Positions 59,862 to 64,000 of a stretch of 64,000 bases of DNA are shown here, one piece after another. Every line of letters starts with the position of its first letter. Within the stretch, counting starts at the first letter, position 1. This DNA is from a bacterium. Its GTDB lineage: Bacteria > Patescibacteriota > Minisyncoccia > JBBINA01. The stretch covers positions 3,167-67,166 of the forward strand of contig JBBINA010000003.1 in the NCBI GenBank assembly GCA_037444125.1, in the 5' to 3' direction. The translations under genes and the position numbers were made by a program. A model generated the notes under the pieces. The model worked only from the letters and a program-made list of their open reading frames with translations, did no database searches and was not told the DNA's origin.

Positions 59862-61205
59862 CCATTTTTTCTGCTTACCCATGACTTCAAAAAATTTATA
59901 ATCGCCTAATCTTTGAATAAGACTTGAAGTAGCATGCATATCAATTATATCCTCGGTCAATTCATAAACTAATGCCTCTTTCAAATGAACGTATAGTGGC
60001 AACACCTCTTGGGCAACCGGTCTTTTATATTTTCCTTTAATTATATAAATTAAATTGCTGTTTTTGATTTTATAAGAGTGCCGTCTCCAAAATCTGTAAC
60101 GGGGTATTTTAGCTCTAAAGATATTCTTTTCCCTTGAATTGTTTTGCTTTCATCAAAATTATCTTGTCCAAACAAAGACAAACCAATAACTAAATTGGCA
60201 GCTCCACTTGAATCAATAATAATGCTTTCTCTTTCGCTCACTCGACGGTATTCTGTTTCAAAAAATCCGTTAACTAATTTTTTTCGAATAACCATACTCA
60301 AAAATGTTTCCTTATTAAAGGGCCCATCTCCCTTTAAACTAAATTTAGCTACATTCTGGGGATTAAATATTTCCACAAAATAAATTTGCGTATCTTTCAG
60401 GACATAATCTAATTTAAAAGTCGTCTTGGAACTATTTAAAGTAATATAATTATTTACCCAAATACGCCACTAATATAAAGCTCATTTATAAATTCTATAA
60501 AAATCCTGCTTAAATCAAGACTTGAACCTGAAAATAATAAAGTTTTATTAAACAATTCTTCGCCTGTTGCCTGAATAATAAAAAGTTTTTTAAGAAAATC
60601 AACGCCATATCTTCGTGCTAAGAAATCTTTAAATAAATTCACACTACCATAATCCACGCGCTCGTTTCGCCACTCGCGCAATGAATCATTTTTTACATAA
60701 ATAGTATTTATAGTAATCAATATAACAAAAATAACTAGCTAACCACTCTGCTCTAAGCTCATTGAGCCAAACATCATCAACTTTTTGAATTTTTTTTCTT
60801 TTAAATGAAATGAAATAAAGTGCCCTAATTCATGGACAAAAATTTATACAAGTCCCTAGGCTAAAATAAAAATTCAGTATTGAGATTAATATTATCGGGC
60901 GTACTATAATTAAAATAGCCGCCGGCCCGTTGTTTTATTGAACTTAAGGCAATATTAGCTTTTGGAATGTCTGTCTCTAAAAAACTTCTAAGTCGCGGCA
61001 AAATATTATTTTCATAGGTAGAGGCCAAGCCATTTATAACAATAATGGTACCCTGACGCGTCTGCGGTACAAGGACGTTATAATATGCTTCATCTATATA
61101 AAAATTAATCAATTCCCCCTGAAAAACTAAAGAAGCATTTATCTTCTCTCAAAAGCATCATAGGTGGGGTCAACTACAAAAATTTGCTTACTTTCCTGAG
61201 CCATA
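59862..61205 (-). pseudogene. Remnants of a degraded gene of unknown identity (at least four collinear ORF fragments in different frames)
   Basis: On the minus strand, consecutive short ORFs run 61205-61140 (MAQESKQIFVVDPTYDAFERR*), 61112-60861, 60720-60454, 60376-60050 and 60050-59862 (..LPLYVHLKEALVYELTEDIIDMHATSSLIQRLGDYKFFEVMGKQKKWI*). They abut each other with frame changes. No intact ORF longer than 110 aa exists in a 1.35-kb region flanked by intact genes. Confidence 0.3.
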
Positions 61206-61278
61206 ACAATACCATCAGATACAAAAAAATGAATCCCAAAACTGCAAAAATTTTAATTACTAAATGTCGCATATCAAC

Positions 61279-63042
61279 CTAGCGAAAATACTTTAAAAAC
61301 TTAATCAAAATCGTTCGACGGTAAATAAAAAAGTAGCTTATGATGCTCGAACTAATTAAAACAAGAATGATTACCGCAACGCCGCCGTAGTTAAAACCAG
61401 GATTTGACTTTAAAAGATTGGCTATATCTTGATTGTATGTTGATGCCAATAAGCTTCCATCCTCTAGTCGAGAAGCTAAAGCTTTTTTTATAAAGCTAAT
61501 ATCGTCAAGATCTAACGCTCCAGGCGCTTGAGCAATATATTGGGTTTTATTTTTAGTTAAACATTGCGTCTGACTAGGTTCCTTTAAGGTATTAAAACTA
61601 AAGTTCGCTACGAGGTTAAGATTTTTTATTTCCGAGGTAGTAGCTATATTGCTAACCTTACTTATGACAGGCTGCTTTTGTAAAGAAAATTTGTCATTTT
61701 TAAAATAGATGATGTTAGTTGCTGCAGGCGTTGGAATTTGGGAGAAAAAATACTTGTCGTTTTTGCGGGCAACCGCAAAACCTTCTTTTAAGCCCTGATA
61801 GTTGACTTCTTGCAGTAAAAATCTTTCTGGCGTCAGTAGTCTAACAACACCATTGTCGTTTTTTAGATTCAAACGCGTATTAGCGTTTTGCAAGACTAAA
61901 AATGAATCTTCAAATAATAATGTACCTTCCGGAATAACAAATTTATCACTAGCTGTTTCCAAAATATAACCTGAAATATCAACCGGAAAATCATTACTAT
62001 TATAAAGCTCTATCCACTCGTTGTTTTGGTCCCTACCGATAGGATTAGGCATAAGCTCATTAATAAAAATGTTTTTGGGATAAACATTAACTATTGATGA
62101 AACTCTCAATTCATTAACTGAATCTTTAACTGACAAGGTTAAAGTATAACGGCCTGGATAAAGGTAAAAATGTACAGCTTTAGCGTCTTTAGAGATGACA
62201 CCATCGCCAAAATTCCAATTAAAAGTAAGGGTTTCGTTTTCTGGATCTTGAATTAAAGAATTGTCTAGATTAAGTTTTTCGCCAACTAGCAAATAAATGC
62301 TGTCTGGCAAATTAATTATTGGCGGCTTGTTTAAGTTTGCACTTAAAGCGCTATTTTGACTTTTCTCCGAAGCAACATTATTAGGCAAACTGCCTGTAGC
62401 GCTCGTTGTGGAAGTTAGGGTTTCCGGTGTTAAATTCGGCTGCTTTATAAAAGGAGCGCGTTTGGGCGTGCCGAGTATTAACCCATCTTTGGAATCAAGG
62501 CCGTTGCTATTTATACCGCTATGTGTTATCCAATTATTAAAGTCGCTTCCTTGACCCAAAAGATTAATGCGTTCCATAGATTTGTAATCTGGACCGGTCG
62601 TACCGGCAGGCCAACCTGAACTAAAATTAACTTCGTCAACAATCTGACCAGAGGAATTCTTTATCACTAAATATTCACCGTTATTACTTAGACCATTGCC
62701 GCCAAAAGAACCAACTAAATCTGCATTAATATCTGAAATCACTTTATCGTCTGTCCTTTCTATAAGATAAAAACTTTGGGGCAAAATCTCTCCTTTAAGC
62801 GCCAAAACTAAAGTTTCGCCACCTTTTTCGTATAAACCCCAACCATCAAGATTAATAACCGCATCAGTTGTATTAAAAAGCTCTAGCCATTCATCGTTTG
62901 TTGAAGCTTTGGTACCAGACCAGGCAATCTCAGAAATAACCACCGATAGGTTTTGATCAGCTAAAACACTCCTCTGTCCAAAAGAAAAGAATAAAGCCAA
63001 TGTAAAAAAATTTACCATTAAAAATCTGAATAATGAGAACAT
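61279..63042 (-). CDS. surface-anchored protein with lamin-tail domain, PKD domain and a second lamin-tail domain (LTD-PKD-LTD), C-terminal TM anchor
   Basis: 587 aa. Signal peptide. LTD1 is VVISEIAWSG...NDEWLELFNTTDAVINLDGWGL...FYLI. The PKD-like part is NWNFGDGVISKDAKAVHFYLYPGRYTLTLSVKD. LTD2 is IFINELMPNP...NEWIELYNSNDFPVDISGYIL. The C-terminal TM is GGVAVIILVLISSSIISYFFIY. Confidence 0.6.
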   Translation of the reverse strand: MFSLFRFLMVNFFTLALFFSFGQRSVLADQNLSVVISEIAWSGTKASTNDEWLELFNTTDAVINLDGWGLYEKGGETLVLALKGEILPQSFYLIERTDDKVISDINADLVGSFGGNGLSNNGEYLVIKNSSGQIVDEVNFSSGWPAGTTGPDYKSMERINLLGQGSDFNNWITHSGINSNGLDSKDGLILGTPKRAPFIKQPNLTPETLTSTTSATGSLPNNVASEKSQNSALSANLNKPPIINLPDSIYLLVGEKLNLDNSLIQDPENETLTFNWNFGDGVISKDAKAVHFYLYPGRYTLTLSVKDSVNELRVSSIVNVYPKNIFINELMPNPIGRDQNNEWIELYNSNDFPVDISGYILETASDKFVIPEGTLLFEDSFLVLQNANTRLNLKNDNGVVRLLTPERFLLQEVNYQGLKEGFAVARKNDKYFFSQIPTPAATNIIYFKNDKFSLQKQPVISKVSNIATTSEIKNLNLVANFSFNTLKEPSQTQCLTKNKTQYIAQAPGALDLDDISFIKKALASRLEDGSLLASTYNQDIANLLKSNPGFNYGGVAVIILVLISSSIISYFFIYRRTILIKFLKYFR

Positions 63043-63184
63043 ACTTAATTAAACGATTTATATTATTTTAATAAGTTTATCTCAAACAATTTATAATAAA
63101 GAAATTATTTTGTCTATCTTGATAAAAATTTTAAACAACTTATAATAAAAGGTGTTCTTTGCAAATATATTCATCAAGAGGTGA

Positions 63185-63469
63185 TTGAGGTTTATGTACC
63201 CCGCAACAACGAAACGACCCTACACTATTAAAGCGATACTTGAAAGAAAACCCGAAATCAAAGCTTTATTTTGGCTAGATAATACAATTCATGTCGAGGA
63301 GCATCTTGACGCATTCTCTCTCGAGGATGCCGAACTTAAATTCCGCAAACTTGTTCTAAAAAAGTTCCCGCAATATTATATTAAAGAAATATCTGAAATA
63401 TTTGCTCATCATATATTTAAATCAAGTACCTTTATAAAAATGGTTTGGCGAATGCCTCGACTCTTTTAA
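63185..63469 (+). CDS. hypothetical protein
   Basis: 94-aa ORF followed by a terminator. No motif was recognised. Confidence 0.3.
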   Translation: MRFMYPATTKRPYTIKAILERKPEIKALFWLDNTIHVEEHLDAFSLEDAELKFRKLVLKKFPQYYIKEISEIFAHHIFKSSTFIKMVWRMPRLF

Positions 63470-63481
63470 GAAGAGACAGAC

Positions 63482-63513
63482 AAAAACGCGCCCGTAATCT
63501 TACGGGCGTTTTT
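63482..63513. terminator. Bidirectional rho-independent terminator between convergent genes
   Basis: An A-run, then the hairpin GCGCCCGTA...TACGGGCGT, then TTTTT. Confidence 0.5.
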
Positions 63514-63519
63514 ATAATA

Positions 63520-64000
63520 TCACTTCGAAAGAAGCTCAATTTCAGATTGATAATGATCCCTGTTTTTACTGTCTTGCTCAGCTAGCTTTTTATATGCCTC
63601 AATGGCTAAATCCTTTTTACCAACATTCTTATAATATTCAGCTAAATGTTTATAAAAAGTAGTGACCACTTTATCGCCTTTAAACTTTTCAATTACTCCT
63701 CTAATATAATTAACCGCGCTTGCCTCATCTCCAAGTTTAAGGGCATAAATATCAAAAATTGCTAAATAACCTTCAATTTCCTCTGGAAAATTAGTCACCA
63801 AATTATCATAAGCCCAAAGGGCTTTGTTATATTTCTTTTGGTCGCGATAAATTGAACCAAGATTGTTCCAAGGCACACGAGCCAAATTTGATATTTTAAT
63901 AGCCTCAAGATAGGCACTCTCGGCGCCTCTAAAATCGCCAAACGCCTGCAAGACTACACCTTTATCTACCCAAGCATTATAATTCTTCCTATCTTTAGCT
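63520..64000 (-). CDS. tetratricopeptide-repeat protein. The N-terminus lies beyond the window end.
   Basis: TPR-like helical repeats (AYLEAIKI..., ALWAYDNL..., AIEAYKKLAEQD). Reading upstream of the listed TTG shows no stop before position 64000. Confidence 0.5.
   Translation of the reverse strand, partial: AKDRKNYNAWVDKGVVLQAFGDFRGAESAYLEAIKISNLARVPWNNLGSIYRDQKKYNKALWAYDNLVTNFPEEIEGYLAIFDIYALKLGDEASAVNYIRGVIEKFKGDKVVTTFYKHLAEYYKNVGKKDLAIEAYKKLAEQDSKNRDHYQSEIELLSK

Noticed and set aside
59696-59890. 64-aa ORF upstream of hpf
   Set aside because: It lies in the AT-rich promoter region between hpf and the degraded gene and has hydrophobic, low-complexity composition. It is unlikely to be real.
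1-64000. CRISPR arrays, rRNA genes, IS elements, integrases and prophage genes
   Set aside because: No spaced direct-repeat array, no rRNA-like sequence, and no transposase, integrase or phage structural protein signatures were seen in any frame. The accessory character of the pilin and glycosylation region is inferred from content, not from mobility genes.

Overview
This 64-kb window comes from an AT-rich, tightly packed bacterial chromosome of roughly one-third GC. All calls rest on reading the supplied ORF translations by eye; no searches were run. Several features point to a reduced-genome lineage of the Candidate Phyla Radiation / Patescibacteria type: small proteins, rpsF-ssb-rpsR running straight into dnaB with no rplI, an N-terminally truncated RF1, a split transketolase, and many pilin-like and glycosyltransferase membrane proteins. 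The genetic code looks standard, because TGA is used as a stop (for example 8187-8189) and the tRNA-Trp anticodon is CCA. Housekeeping genes are ftsH (partial), rpsA, hup, rny, clpP, tig, nusA, yraN, gyrA, tsaD, rplU, recR, dnaB, rpsR, ssb, rpsF, rpmE, prfA, rplY, hpf, secA and two tRNAs. A central-carbon block holds pps, gap, rpe, split tkt and a PfkB-family kinase. The accessory part is a cell-surface region. A cysteine-rich secreted protein carries a C-terminal two-helix pilin-like module and is followed by five tandem paralogous VirB2/TrbC-like small pilin genes (12982-16257). That array converges with a 5-bp gap onto a roughly 14.3-kb minus-strand glycosylation island (16263-30593) containing seven large GT-C-like polytopic membrane proteins and four GT2 polyprenyl-phosphate-sugar-synthase-like enzymes. 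One of the GT-C-like genes is frameshifted. Further along are a membrane-protein/SPFH pair and a trio made of a sigma-region-4 DNA-binding protein, a single-pass membrane protein and a HerA/FtsK-superfamily ATPase with a zinc ribbon (34977-39077). Near the window end are the remnants of a degraded gene and a lamin-tail/PKD surface protein. No CRISPR array, rRNA or recognisable mobile element was seen.
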